Positions 20,901 to 30,587 of a DNA stretch of 39,521 nucleotides are shown here, piece by piece. A program made the position numbers and the translations under genes. The first letter of the stretch is position 1; each line of letters opens with the position of its first letter. Under the pieces are notes generated by a model. It saw only the letters and a list, made by a program, of their open reading frames with translations, had not been told where the DNA came from and did not search any database. Source of the DNA: Stramenopiles sp. TOSAG23-2 (lineage: Eukaryota); the NCBI GenBank assembly GCA_900128395.1, contig LT649312.1, positions 1 through 39,521 of the forward strand, read 5' to 3'.

Positions 20901-23646
20901 TATTACTTATTGCTGAATCCATGAATACATCACCATCTTCTACTACTTTTGCTGATTCTTTCAATTTTTTCAACAACTTTCGTTTTTTCTCTTTCTTCTT
21001 ATGTTTTTTCATTTTTCGTTTTTCTTTTAAATATTTTAAATATTTACGACTATGATATTTCTTTCGTTTCTTCTTCTTTTTCTTGTTTTTTTTCCTTTTA
21101 CTACTACTACTGCTGCTTTTTTTTCTTCCTTTACTTTTTTTCTTACTATGTTTTTTGCCTCGAAGATTATTATCATCATCATCATCATCACTTTCAGAGT
21201 CCTCGTCATCTGTATCTGTACTTGATGAACTGCTGCTGCTGCTGCTACTACTACTACTACTACTAATGCTGCTGTCTGTGCTACTACTATCCATGCTGCT
21301 ACTATAAAAACGATCACTAGGTATTGCTTTTCTATCATGTTGCTCTTCTTCTTCTTCTTCTTCTGTTTCTGTGGATTCATCATCATCGTCAATAACATAA
21401 TTATTAATATTATTAATAGACTTATTTGTAACTATGTTATTATTATTTCTATCAACTACCTCCATTGTATTATCTGGAACATTTTGGTAATTATTATCCT
21501 GGTTTGTATTTTTCTGATAATTTATTTCATTTGCTAATTGAATCTCGCCTTCTGCGCGTTCCAATGCATCTTCTGCTTCTTGTAACGCTAATGCTTGTAT
21601 TTTCATTCTACGTTTCCATGTATCAACAGCGTCATTGTCATTATTATTACTGACATTTGAAATCATTGGTGTATTCAATATAATATTATTTTTACTATCT
21701 TCATCATCCGATGCTTCCTCGTCCGTTGCATCATCATCATCATCATCATTATCACTCACAATACCATCTTCTCTTTCGTTTTTACTTGGTGAAATCGTAT
21801 CGACAACGATGTCAGTGGCAATATTATCAGTAGTGGTTCCCGTTTTTGCATCTATAATTTCATCAATCAACGTATTTGTTATGGTTTCTTTTGGTGGTAA
21901 TGTTATACCATCATGTGATGCATTTTTGCGACTACCAACATTATTTAGAATCTCATCAATTGCAGTTGTATCATTATTTATATTTGTATTTACAAATTTA
22001 TTTGCACGTTTTGCTAATTGTGCGATAGCATCATTAACGATACTTTCAGAAGATTCTTCCTGGATAACATGGTCATTCGTTTGAAGATTACTAGATCGTC
22101 CATCTATGGTAGTCGTTGTATTCATATTCATAGATGATACACTCGATGTTGTTGTTGCTGTTGTTGCTTTTGGTTCTAGTAAACGTTGTTCAACAACATC
22201 CAATTGAGGTGATAATGGGTTGTTTTTTAATGTTGTTGGATAATTGTTGATATTATTATTATTATTATTGCTAAAATTATTCAAAGAAGGTGGTGAAAAT
22301 GGTGGAGGTACTAAACCTTCCGAACCAGTACTATTTAATAATCTATCTGTCTCCGTATCATTACTTGTATAACTACTATCAATATTTCCACCACTAGATT
22401 CAATAAAATCATCTTGATCATCATCATTGATCGTATCTTGTTTTATAACATCCATTTCCTGTTTTGCACGTTTTAATAAATCTAACATCGGATCTTTTTC
22501 TGTTTCTAAATCATCATCAACATTTTCAAACGTTGTATTATTTATAATCGTTGCTTTTGCAGGTGGTGGTGGTAAGGATGGTGAATTGAAATTATCGTCT
22601 TCTTCTAATGATGTAACATGGATCGTTTCTGATTTTCTACGTCGTTCTCGTAATATATTCTTCAATTCATCATTTGCACCTTTATAATACGGACTATCAG
22701 TGTTGTTGTTGTTGTTGTTGTTGCTATTACTAGTATTGTCTCCTCTTTTTTTTGTAATTGTACTATTAGTAGATGAATGTAAAAACATGTTTGCAAAGGA
22801 TGTATGTAATATATCACGTTCATCTCTTCGTTTTTTATCATGTGTTGCATATAATTGATCATGTATATATTGTTCTCTATCTACTGTATTCATACGTTGT
22901 CTTTGTTTGAAATATGTTGCTGTATCCATTCGTGTACGCGTAGGTGGTAATTCATGTTCATCAGCTTGTTGTTGTTGTTGTTGTTCCTCAACACTACTTC
23001 CTTGGCGTAATGATGAGGAAGAAAAAACTTTATCATGTTGCATATTAATATATGTTTTTGGTGATATATTATCATTATTATTATTATCATTAAAGTTGTT
23101 GTTATTTATTCTTGTTGGTGATTTGTAATTTTTTTTAATTAATTCATCTTTTAATTTCTTTTCTTGAAATTTTAAATCTTGTTGTTCTAAATTTTTCAAT
23201 TTCATTACTAAATCATCTACTTGTTGTTCTGCTAATTCTGTTGATAATTGTGACAATGTTATATCTTGTTGTTGTTGAATATTGTTATTATTCGTTCCAT
23301 CACTATTATTATTATTATTATTATTATTATAATTATTATTATTACTCCCACCTTGTCGTGCATTTAAAATATTTTGTACCTGACCCTTATCATTAATACC
23401 AACATCATTTAACCATCGATTGTAACTATTATCATTACCATCATTACTACCATCACCATTTCCTCCTGTATTACTTGTAATGGCATTGACAGTCTCTAAA
23501 TATTTTTGACGTGCTAACATTTGTTGTTGTTGTATTTCATTTACTTGTTTAATATTGATATCAATACTATTATGATCTCCTTCCTCTTGATATAAATCAT
23601 CATTATGACTAGTTGCCAATTCTTCCAATGAAAATAAGCTCGACAT
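17938..23646 (-). CDS. Large low-complexity protein with IQ-like motifs and a C2 domain
   Basis: First ATG at 23646 (MSSLFS). IQ-like AAGILQRWWKIR and ILKAIVKGYIVR. C2 motifs IEIVSAQNL, RDPYAIL, KRTLDPTFN, IEVRDNDRFNKQIFLGMVSIPL (about 18920-19400). Poly-N/S/K/D tracts. Confidence 0.75.
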   Translation of the reverse strand: MSSLFSLEELATSHNDDLYQEEGDHNSIDINIKQVNEIQQQQMLARQKYLETVNAITSNTGGNGDGSNDGNDNSYNRWLNDVGINDKGQVQNILNARQGGSNNNNYNNNNNNNNSDGTNNNNIQQQQDITLSQLSTELAEQQVDDLVMKLKNLEQQDLKFQEKKLKDELIKKNYKSPTRINNNNFNDNNNNDNISPKTYINMQHDKVFSSSSLRQGSSVEEQQQQQQADEHELPPTRTRMDTATYFKQRQRMNTVDREQYIHDQLYATHDKKRRDERDILHTSFANMFLHSSTNSTITKKRGDNTSNSNNNNNNNTDSPYYKGANDELKNILRERRRKSETIHVTSLEEDDNFNSPSLPPPPAKATIINNTTFENVDDDLETEKDPMLDLLKRAKQEMDVIKQDTINDDDQDDFIESSGGNIDSSYTSNDTETDRLLNSTGSEGLVPPPFSPPSLNNFSNNNNNNINNYPTTLKNNPLSPQLDVVEQRLLEPKATTATTTSSVSSMNMNTTTTIDGRSSNLQTNDHVIQEESSESIVNDAIAQLAKRANKFVNTNINNDTTAIDEILNNVGSRKNASHDGITLPPKETITNTLIDEIIDAKTGTTTDNIATDIVVDTISPSKNEREDGIVSDNDDDDDDATDEEASDDEDSKNNIILNTPMISNVSNNNDNDAVDTWKRRMKIQALALQEAEDALERAEGEIQLANEINYQKNTNQDNNYQNVPDNTMEVVDRNNNNIVTNKSINNINNYVIDDDDESTETEEEEEEEQHDRKAIPSDRFYSSSMDSSSTDSSISSSSSSSSSSSSSSSTDTDDEDSESDDDDDDNNLRGKKHSKKKSKGRKKSSSSSSKRKKNKKKKKKRKKYHSRKYLKYLKEKRKMKKHKKKEKKRKLLKKLKESAKVVEDGDVFMDSAISNNNNDGDDRSNNNKYNIKTPVNNQVKNVAVENAASLIQQVEAKYTPMKSFDEFLQSNMFKNDNDDMDSPATIPLNIISTSSSNTIQEEKKEKKENYGKSLLSYKEQAIQLSNKYKEQQLAKNKTKAKQLNSIKLRAVQRHKEKQKRLHAAGILQRWWKIRIMPSIRLLQQQKLKEKFNKQLKELESASSSPSHTPKNENNNNNINKFDGNDKEMEELKVDVNNSNDKKVEEILETVMTPEDHRRIQQKKLNISYRILKAIVKGYIVRLTLYKLPRSVTLIKTIQDSNNILKELGTSDPLYTSIHKQLVTQKKEFYLHLKEVKRNGIGTELRKVRENREKMLIHTSQQGTSPRGGRNNNNVQVSKRSSRVVKLGAKARERMKAYNLKLKQERINSNKASNTNSSSGGAITPSTKKNNSRDEGATMDGNNNNNNNSNNEKMEEGKNKFLKRGNKNNGDDNDNSSNMLKSPIKDNEEETEQTSKLWLKEAFNSPPLLNTNNGTKVPNSFGIEIVSAQNLTVASHIYKERAQNRDPYAILTLKRKNMPYLCRKTKEQKRTLDPTFNTMFLFKLNLNEMGDSAMIHDFVLDIEVRDNDRFNKQIFLGMVSIPLDTLMPSNERENANNNGDNTIILDTDVEKCDVTKILENKMNKDIVRGTIRLRMKLMEFEPAKAVEGGLAHGNPSLGRRNHSASKKKKKRTMMAGKKEGGMIGSMNNTASSNGGGGENTMPDISTTTAIKDDDNNKNIDDKETTFAKKTKKNNRRRIGKKLDWSHVKSRTDCHLQRKDYPKRRNRNDTNFTGAKTSFPSDLPWNIIDNDTGRSAYEQDHYNGTPLRINTKLSNLLSPKNKDNNHRRKKNMNNRPGKTQYTEPLDYFEEDHSVETPFERYQRGPVSPKYDQHADPNTFIDDVDDPRNTLKLEELGQLLQQLSESDRRLLEQDEEADMNTTIPRLDRRAFFKVYDDHKYEAETNRLKQEYIDLGGAGVSPTSPF

Positions 23647-24656
23647 GTTGTATATTATAAACGTACACACACACAGCGTATATATATATATGTGGTAAGT
23701 TATTGACTGACGACTACACTATCGTAGAATAAAGGTAGAGGTAATATGTTTGAACTTCTATTCTCACTACATCTACATCTACATCTACATCTACATCTTC
23801 TGCAATCATCATCAAAATACACAATATATATATATATATATTAATTTAAAATCATAAAATCCCATTGTTAGTAGTGTTAAAATTGTTGCAAAATTGGAAA
23901 ATAATTTTCAAAAAATTAAAATTTGCCAAATGGATTAGAATGGAGGAGGGATTTTATTAGTATTTTTACGTCCTTTGAGACTTTTATTTAGTATACATAC
24001 AGCATCAATAAATTTGAAACCAATTATCCGCTTTTGTCATTTCAAAATATTAATATATTTACATAGTATTCCATGTGGTATTATATGTAATATTGTACGA
24101 AATTCATTCATCTTTTTTATTATTACTACTATACTACTACAGGTACTTTTTTTTTTTCAGTTATAAAAAAACAAAGCACCTTAACCTGCCAAACAATAGC
24201 AACAACAATAAAAGTAAGCTGTAAGCTACAAGAAACAAGATACAAGATATACAAGATACAAGATAAAAGATAAGAAACATACTGCAACTATTATACTCTC
24301 CATTCACGCTATATAGAACTTCTGTAGGGGTTGTATACATTGTTTTTTACCTTTTGGTGTGGTTTTTATTCCTTTGGTCAACAATATTGAAGATCGTGCC
24401 AACAAAAATATCCCGAAAAAGTATTTTAATATAGATATAAGTAAACTACATATATAAAAGTTTATTGCAAAGGAATTGCTATCGGTTTTGGTAGGACTCC
24501 GTTTGGTAGGTATAGATACGAAAGATATTTCATTCACGTTTTATTCCTTCTTTTAAAGCTGTATACAGTATACAGGTGGATTGCTTTTGTCTCGACGGAG
24601 CTGCTTCTTTGGTTATAGTCAGAGTGGTTAGTTATTACTTAATCTGTAGGTTAAAT

Positions 24657-26852
24657 ATGAAGCTGTTTATTTTTAGTCTATGTCTGTCAATGGCTGTTGC
24701 TGCAGAGAGGTTGGATCAAAGAGAACTGGATGCATGGCAGAAGGTATGGGACCATTGGGATCTTGGTAATAAAACAATGTCTTATAATGACTATGTTGAT
24801 CAATATATAATAGATGTTGACAAACAATTCACAATGGATAAAACTTGTCGTAATGACCCGTGTAAAAGTGAATTGTGTTCGCGAATAAGCGATATAGAAA
24901 CTATCGGATTTAATTCTTTTACGTGGCGAGGAGTCGGGGTATATTGTACCTCAACAGCATCTCCAACAATTATTACTATATTATCGATCTCTGGGGCTCA
25001 ATTGTCAGGTCAGATACCTCCACAGGTAGGCAACCTCACCAATTTGGAAGGTTTGGCAATTTATAATAATCGTCTATCCGGCAAAATACCACCAGAAATA
25101 GGCAGACTTACGAGGCTGAAACGTTTGAATTTGTGGGGAAATAGATTATCCGGCGAAATACCACCCGAGATAGGTAAACTGACTAAACTCACGGATTTGT
25201 ATTTAGACTCCAATGGCATATCAGGTTTAGTCCCGCCAGAGTTAGGGAATCTAAATGACCTACGATTTCTTAGTCTTGCTAACACTTCATTAACGGAAGA
25301 TCTTCCCATTGAATTGACACAGTTGAACAATATGATATCTATGACGATTGGAATGAATAGATTCAATTACCCGCAACCGATAGAGATCCAACAGTTTTGC
25401 AAAGAACGGGGAAGGTCGTGTTTCGGTACACCGCCGATGGGTTGTTCTGCTTATGGGAAGGAATATCAACAAGCATTGAATTTCCAGACATGTACCAGAT
25501 GTACGTATCCACTTTGGTTGCGCATTGTACTGTGTATATTGCTAGCATTTTTTCTGTATGCCGCAATGCGTTTATATGTCAAGTTTACTTTATCTCACAC
25601 AAATGCAATTTCTGAAGTCGTGGCATCTATTACCATTATATCTGATCATGGTCAAATATCAAGTATTTTAACAAACTTGAATCTTGTTTATCCTAATTCT
25701 ATAATGGAAACTAGGGCATATCTAAAAGGGTTTTCGTTGGATATACTTGCAATGGTAAATGTACAATGTTTTGGGCGACATGCCGATAAGGGAAATTTCG
25801 ATTCACATGATACAGGTGCTTACGAAGGCATAACACTTTTGGTTAGTATATTTATCATCGGATTATGCATCCCATTAATAAAATGTTGGGCAAATTTTTA
25901 TCGGCGGTGTTTCGATTCCACATTGCGTCGAGATGAACTACTTGATCGTTTCTATAGTATTTTTTCAATATTGATATCATTTATACTTGTTCAAATGGTG
26001 AGTGCTTTGATTAACTATATGTCGAATTTTTATTTCGTATTTTTTATACTTGTTTTATTGAGCTTTCCATTATTGATAATCTACTGGATTATGCTTAAAT
26101 ATTTTCGCGAAATTCGAGTATATCAAGGAAAATGGGATGGTGCAATGTGTCGTTGTTGTTGCCCAAAAAAATTTCCCAGTATGTGCTGCATATGCTGTTG
26201 CTTTTTTAAGCCATTAAACCTTAGCAAACAGCGTTTAAAGAAACGGTTGCATTTTTTTGTAAGTAGGTTTTCAAATCGTGCTCCTTACTGGCAATTTGTT
26301 TTATGGATAAGGCAAATAGCTATTGTTTTTATTGCTTTATTTTTTGCAACCGAACCGATAATAATGATAGTTCTTGCTACGATTGCATGTATAGTTTTTT
26401 TAGTATGGCATTTACGTGTCCAACCTTTTGTACACAAGTTTCAAAACAATGTAGAAAGTGTACTATTAGCATCGAGTATTGTTTTACTGATATTATGTGG
26501 CATTTATAGTGAATTAACTCGTAAAAAAATCATGCTCGTAGATTCTGCTATTAGTATTGTGTTTTCCATCGTGATTTTCTTGATTTTATTTGGATCACTG
26601 ATAGGAGGAGTCTATTACTTGAAATTATGGACAAAGATGAAAGAATCTTTCATAGCTATGTTGAAAGAAACTGATGAAAAGGATAAAATTCGAATGGCAG
26701 GAGGGGTAGAAATAGTAAATCACAGAAAAAGTGTTTCAAACCTTGCAAAACAAGTGAATTGTTCTGTAGAAGATTTAGAAGGTCATATAGAAGATGGAAA
26801 TAGAAGATTGTCTATTGTAACAAATCCCTTATATGTAAAAAATGACTCATAA
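24657..26852 (+). CDS. Cell-surface receptor-like protein: signal peptide, plant-specific-type LRR ectodomain, multi-pass (about 7-8 TM) C-terminal region
   Basis: MKLFIFSLCLSMAVAA signal peptide from ATG 24657. WRGV..C cap, 24-aa LRRs (LxxLxLxxNxLSGxIPPEIG), Cys-rich linker, several hydrophobic segments, YWQFVLWIRQ and VQPF..QNNVE motifs. Confidence 0.8.
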   Translation: MKLFIFSLCLSMAVAAERLDQRELDAWQKVWDHWDLGNKTMSYNDYVDQYIIDVDKQFTMDKTCRNDPCKSELCSRISDIETIGFNSFTWRGVGVYCTSTASPTIITILSISGAQLSGQIPPQVGNLTNLEGLAIYNNRLSGKIPPEIGRLTRLKRLNLWGNRLSGEIPPEIGKLTKLTDLYLDSNGISGLVPPELGNLNDLRFLSLANTSLTEDLPIELTQLNNMISMTIGMNRFNYPQPIEIQQFCKERGRSCFGTPPMGCSAYGKEYQQALNFQTCTRCTYPLWLRIVLCILLAFFLYAAMRLYVKFTLSHTNAISEVVASITIISDHGQISSILTNLNLVYPNSIMETRAYLKGFSLDILAMVNVQCFGRHADKGNFDSHDTGAYEGITLLVSIFIIGLCIPLIKCWANFYRRCFDSTLRRDELLDRFYSIFSILISFILVQMVSALINYMSNFYFVFFILVLLSFPLLIIYWIMLKYFREIRVYQGKWDGAMCRCCCPKKFPSMCCICCCFFKPLNLSKQRLKKRLHFFVSRFSNRAPYWQFVLWIRQIAIVFIALFFATEPIIMIVLATIACIVFLVWHLRVQPFVHKFQNNVESVLLASSIVLLILCGIYSELTRKKIMLVDSAISIVFSIVIFLILFGSLIGGVYYLKLWTKMKESFIAMLKETDEKDKIRMAGGVEIVNHRKSVSNLAKQVNCSVEDLEGHIEDGNRRLSIVTNPLYVKNDS

Positions 26853-26953
26853 GGAATAATTTAGAGTAGACACAATCATATTACACTTTATGTAGGAAAT
26901 TGAAAAACGACACTATATAAATAGATATCTTTTCTTCCAAATGAACTACACCA

Positions 26954-27400
26954 ATGAACATTTTAAAAGAGAATGACCATTGGGGTACACCGAAATATGC
27001 GCGTGGAAATCTCTCCAGCATCTCATTCTCTAGAAAAGACATGAAAGCGGTATCTCCAACTAATAATATAGTCCATGATAAAGAAATCGATTTCTTCCAT
27101 CATTCCGTGAAGTATGATTGGATTTTAACCAATCCTCCTTTCTCAAAGGCTCGATGCATTTTAAAGAGACTCAAACAAACAGAAAAGCCATTTATAATAT
27201 TGCTGCCTATACCCCTCGCATCAAAATACGCAGTATTTTTATTGAATTATTTAGAAACGATAATATAATCTTCAGCTGGTGATTATTCCTCCTTCGAGGA
27301 TTCATTTTATGTCTCTCAACAGCTTCTTTAATCCCAATGATATATCCATTGTTTTTTTTTCCAATGCTATGTCTATGTCAATTTGTCACGCGTAATTTTC
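26954..27400 (+). pseudogene. Decayed DNA N6-adenine methyltransferase-like gene of viral type
   Basis: DHWGTPK, IDFF, ILTNPPFSK (NPPF motif IV), LKRLKQTEKPFIILLP. Continues out of frame as LQLVIIPPSRIHF. The SAM-binding motif I region is not recognisable. Confidence 0.6.
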
Positions 27401-28012
27401 CATTGTTACGACGGAAAAAGTAGAGCTAAATTTATGACAAAAGTACCTTCTTTATGTAATAACATATTATACAAAATATACATTATTTTAAAATGACAAA
27501 AGCGGGTAATTGATATAAACATAGTAGATACTGTGTGTATACTAAATATTGCAATCAAATGGCATAAAAATAAATAAGGAGAGTGATGATGATTATTATA
27601 TTTTTGGATCTTTTGCTTTTGCCAATCCACAGGCAATAGCACGTTGCAATAATAAAAAAAAAATAGTAAATTATTTTACTCGTTTCTCTTCTAATTAAGG
27701 ATAATAGTTTGTACCAACTCCACCAAACTTTTAGAAGAGAGAGAAGAGTATGGAACCATAGTATAATTGATGCCTTGATTAAAATGTTGTTCTTAAACAT
27801 TTAATTCAAACTCCTTAAACAAATAGGTAAATATTATTTATTCATTCTAATTTAATTGAATAATTGCTATAAGTGGAGAAGGAAAGAGGTATTTATATAG
27901 ACGAAAGTGCGAAGAAAGGGAAAGAAGCAATTATATATTATAAGAAACAACAAGAAATAATCATTTATTTTACGACACAAACAACAACAACAACAACAAC
28001 AAGAAAAAAGCA

Positions 28013-30037
28013 ATGCCGGAACCACAAATTGGGGATCGTGTACGTGTCATAGGACGTAATGCAATACATGAAGGTACATGCAAATATTTTGGGACCACAT
28101 TATTTCGTGAAGGATATTGGGTTGGTGTTGCATTAGACTATCCAAATGGTAAAAATGATGGTTGTGTAGAAGGTACCAGGTATTTCAATTGTAGACCTAA
28201 TTATGGTTTATTTGCTAGGGTGCAAGTTGTTGAAATATTACAAACAAGGCAACAAATTCAACAACGACAAGTGCAGCAGCAGCAACAGCAGCAACAGCAA
28301 CAACCACTAGCACAAATGCAACAACAACAACAACAACAATCACGACAAAACAATGGTTTATCAACAACCTCATCCTCCCCACCACTACGTATTAAATCAT
28401 TAGGTGGACAACTACGAGTAAAATCAAATATATTTCGATTTGAAAAGGTTCGAAATGAATGGTCAGAAATTGGAGATGGGTATGTTAATTTATATGTTGC
28501 AATGAGTGAAAGAAATGTTCCACGTGTTACACTTCAAGGTGCACGTAATAATCTTGGAATTGTTAATCATTATATTGAAATTGAGACAAAACTTGAACCA
28601 AATGTTGGTAGTGATCGTGCTTGGGTATTTCGTGCAAAAACATTACAAGATGATAAAGGGGAAGTATTAGCTTTGCAATTTCAAACACCAAAAGATGCAA
28701 TGGATTTCTCATCACATTTTGCTCGTTCTTGTCAAACAGTTCGACAATACAGAACAAAAGGTAGCAATAGTAATAATAATAGTATCAATAATAATAATAT
28801 CAATAATAATAATAATAATAATAATAATGCAGCACCACCACCAGCTCCACAATCTAATAATAATAATAATAACAATAATAGTAATGGTCAAATGGCACCA
28901 CCACCACCACCACCACCACCACCAGAAGAAGAAGAAGAAGAAGAGGAGGAGGTGAGACAACGGAATAATTATAATAATGCAAATGGTGGTTTTACTACTA
29001 CTAATAGTAATGGTAACCTTTCGAAAAAAATTCAAAAACAACGAAGACGTTTAAGTATTGCTGGAAACGATGCACGTGCAGATGGTGTAGTACATCGTTC
29101 TTCCACAACAAATCCAAATGGAAATAAAATGGATACAAGGAAAAAAGGTGCAAATTTAAATGGTCAATTTCAAGCTACATCAAGCAACACTATTGTTAAA
29201 AGTTACATTGGTATGTCAAAAAAAGGATATGCACCATATAATATTAAAAAAGAAAACCAAGATGCATGTTTTATGCATGAGGATCCAATTACACAATCTA
29301 TTTTATTAGGTGTATTTGATGGACATGGTGAGCATGGACATCGTGTATCCCGTTACATAGAGCGCAATGTACCACCAGCCATTTTTAAGCATCCTAGCTG
29401 GAAAAGTACACCAAAAACGGCAATGACAACTGCATTATTATCCAAGGAGAAAGAAATATTGCAAAATCGATCGATCAATACATCGTTAAGTGGGACAACA
29501 GCAGTAGTTGCAACTGTACGTAAAAATATATTAACCGTAGCAAATATTGGAGATTCCAGATTGATATTAGCATTGAGAAATAATAAAAATCGTTTAAAAC
29601 CATGTAGTGTGACGGAGGATCATAAACCAGATTTACCAACGGAACAAAAAAGAATTGAACGAGCTGGTGGACGTGTATGGGCAATGACATATGATGATGG
29701 TGTAGATGGCCCTGCAAGAGTATGGTTAAAAGATCAAGAATTACCAGGCCTTGCCATGTCACGTAGTATTGGTGATGAAGTTGCAAAACGTGCTGGGGTT
29801 ATCTCCAATCCAGAAATATTTGAATATGAAGTACCAGAACAAGCTGCATTTTTATGTATGGCAACTGATGGTTTATGGGAATTCATGTCGGATGATGATG
29901 TAGTTCATATCATTGAACAAGCAAATGGGAATGGTAAATTAGCAATACAAACATTGATGAAAGAATCAGAACGAAGATGGAAAAACGAAGAGCCTGTAGT
30001 GGACGATACGACGGTAGTCATTGCATATTTTGAGTAA
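28013..30037 (+). CDS. CAP-Gly + RanBP1-like (RanBD/PH-fold) + PP2C protein phosphatase
   Basis: CAP-Gly WVGVALDYPNGKNDGCVEGTRYF. RanBD-like IFRF..EWSEIGDG..NHYI..LEPNVGSDRAWVF. PP2C NQDA, VFDGHG, SGTT, NIGDSR, DHKP, GLAMSRSIGD, ATDGLWE, DDTT. Confidence 0.88.
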   Translation: MPEPQIGDRVRVIGRNAIHEGTCKYFGTTLFREGYWVGVALDYPNGKNDGCVEGTRYFNCRPNYGLFARVQVVEILQTRQQIQQRQVQQQQQQQQQQPLAQMQQQQQQQSRQNNGLSTTSSSPPLRIKSLGGQLRVKSNIFRFEKVRNEWSEIGDGYVNLYVAMSERNVPRVTLQGARNNLGIVNHYIEIETKLEPNVGSDRAWVFRAKTLQDDKGEVLALQFQTPKDAMDFSSHFARSCQTVRQYRTKGSNSNNNSINNNNINNNNNNNNNAAPPPAPQSNNNNNNNNSNGQMAPPPPPPPPPEEEEEEEEEVRQRNNYNNANGGFTTTNSNGNLSKKIQKQRRRLSIAGNDARADGVVHRSSTTNPNGNKMDTRKKGANLNGQFQATSSNTIVKSYIGMSKKGYAPYNIKKENQDACFMHEDPITQSILLGVFDGHGEHGHRVSRYIERNVPPAIFKHPSWKSTPKTAMTTALLSKEKEILQNRSINTSLSGTTAVVATVRKNILTVANIGDSRLILALRNNKNRLKPCSVTEDHKPDLPTEQKRIERAGGRVWAMTYDDGVDGPARVWLKDQELPGLAMSRSIGDEVAKRAGVISNPEIFEYEVPEQAAFLCMATDGLWEFMSDDDVVHIIEQANGNGKLAIQTLMKESERRWKNEEPVVDDTTVVIAYFE

Positions 30038-30587
30038 CTGTACTATGTATTGTTGTCGTATGTGTGGTGTTGTTTGTTGTTTGTTGTTGATGTCATTTTT
30101 TATTTAATATATTAAAACAAGATAATATATAAAGCTTCAAGACCTGTGGGAGGATATGACGAAGTAAAAAAAAGACGCGCAAAAAGGAAGTATATTGAGA
30201 GAGAGATGGAAAAGAGGTAAAGAAGAGTGTATTATATTGATATTTTTTGTTGTGTGCAAAAAGAAGAGTGTTGAGATTAAAAAAAAATATTTTTTTTACT
30301 TCTACTTCAGTGTAATTATAATAAGTGTTTTGTTGTGTTGTTGTTATAGTTATTCCTCATCATTCAATTTCCAATTCAATTCAATTTGAATGTAAATTGG
30401 TTTATCATGTAGAAAGTAATAGATAGATAGAACAACGACGGTTTACAATTACTGTTATAATTGTATTTTGGATACATCGAATAATACTTATACATATATA
30501 CATACGTTGTATTAATATATATATATATACTATTATTAAAGGTAAAATAATTAAAATAATTAAATTATAAAATTATAAATATAAAAA

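Noticed and set aside
18629-23128. Many short ORFs rich in Leu, Ser, Ile, Cys or Tyr runs (also around 28.5-29.8 kb and 32.1-34.9 kb)
   Set aside because: Off-frame or antisense readings of trinucleotide tracts inside longer genes.
23660-23845. (CA)n, (TA)n and (CTACAT)n microsatellites
   Set aside because: Ordinary simple repeats in an AT-rich intergenic region.
24576-24656. GTG-started N-terminal extension in the ORF track (similarly 23647-23670, 37500-37520 and the TTG at 5219)
   Set aside because: Alternative starts from a prokaryote-style ORF caller; a downstream ATG or the splice junction gives a better model.
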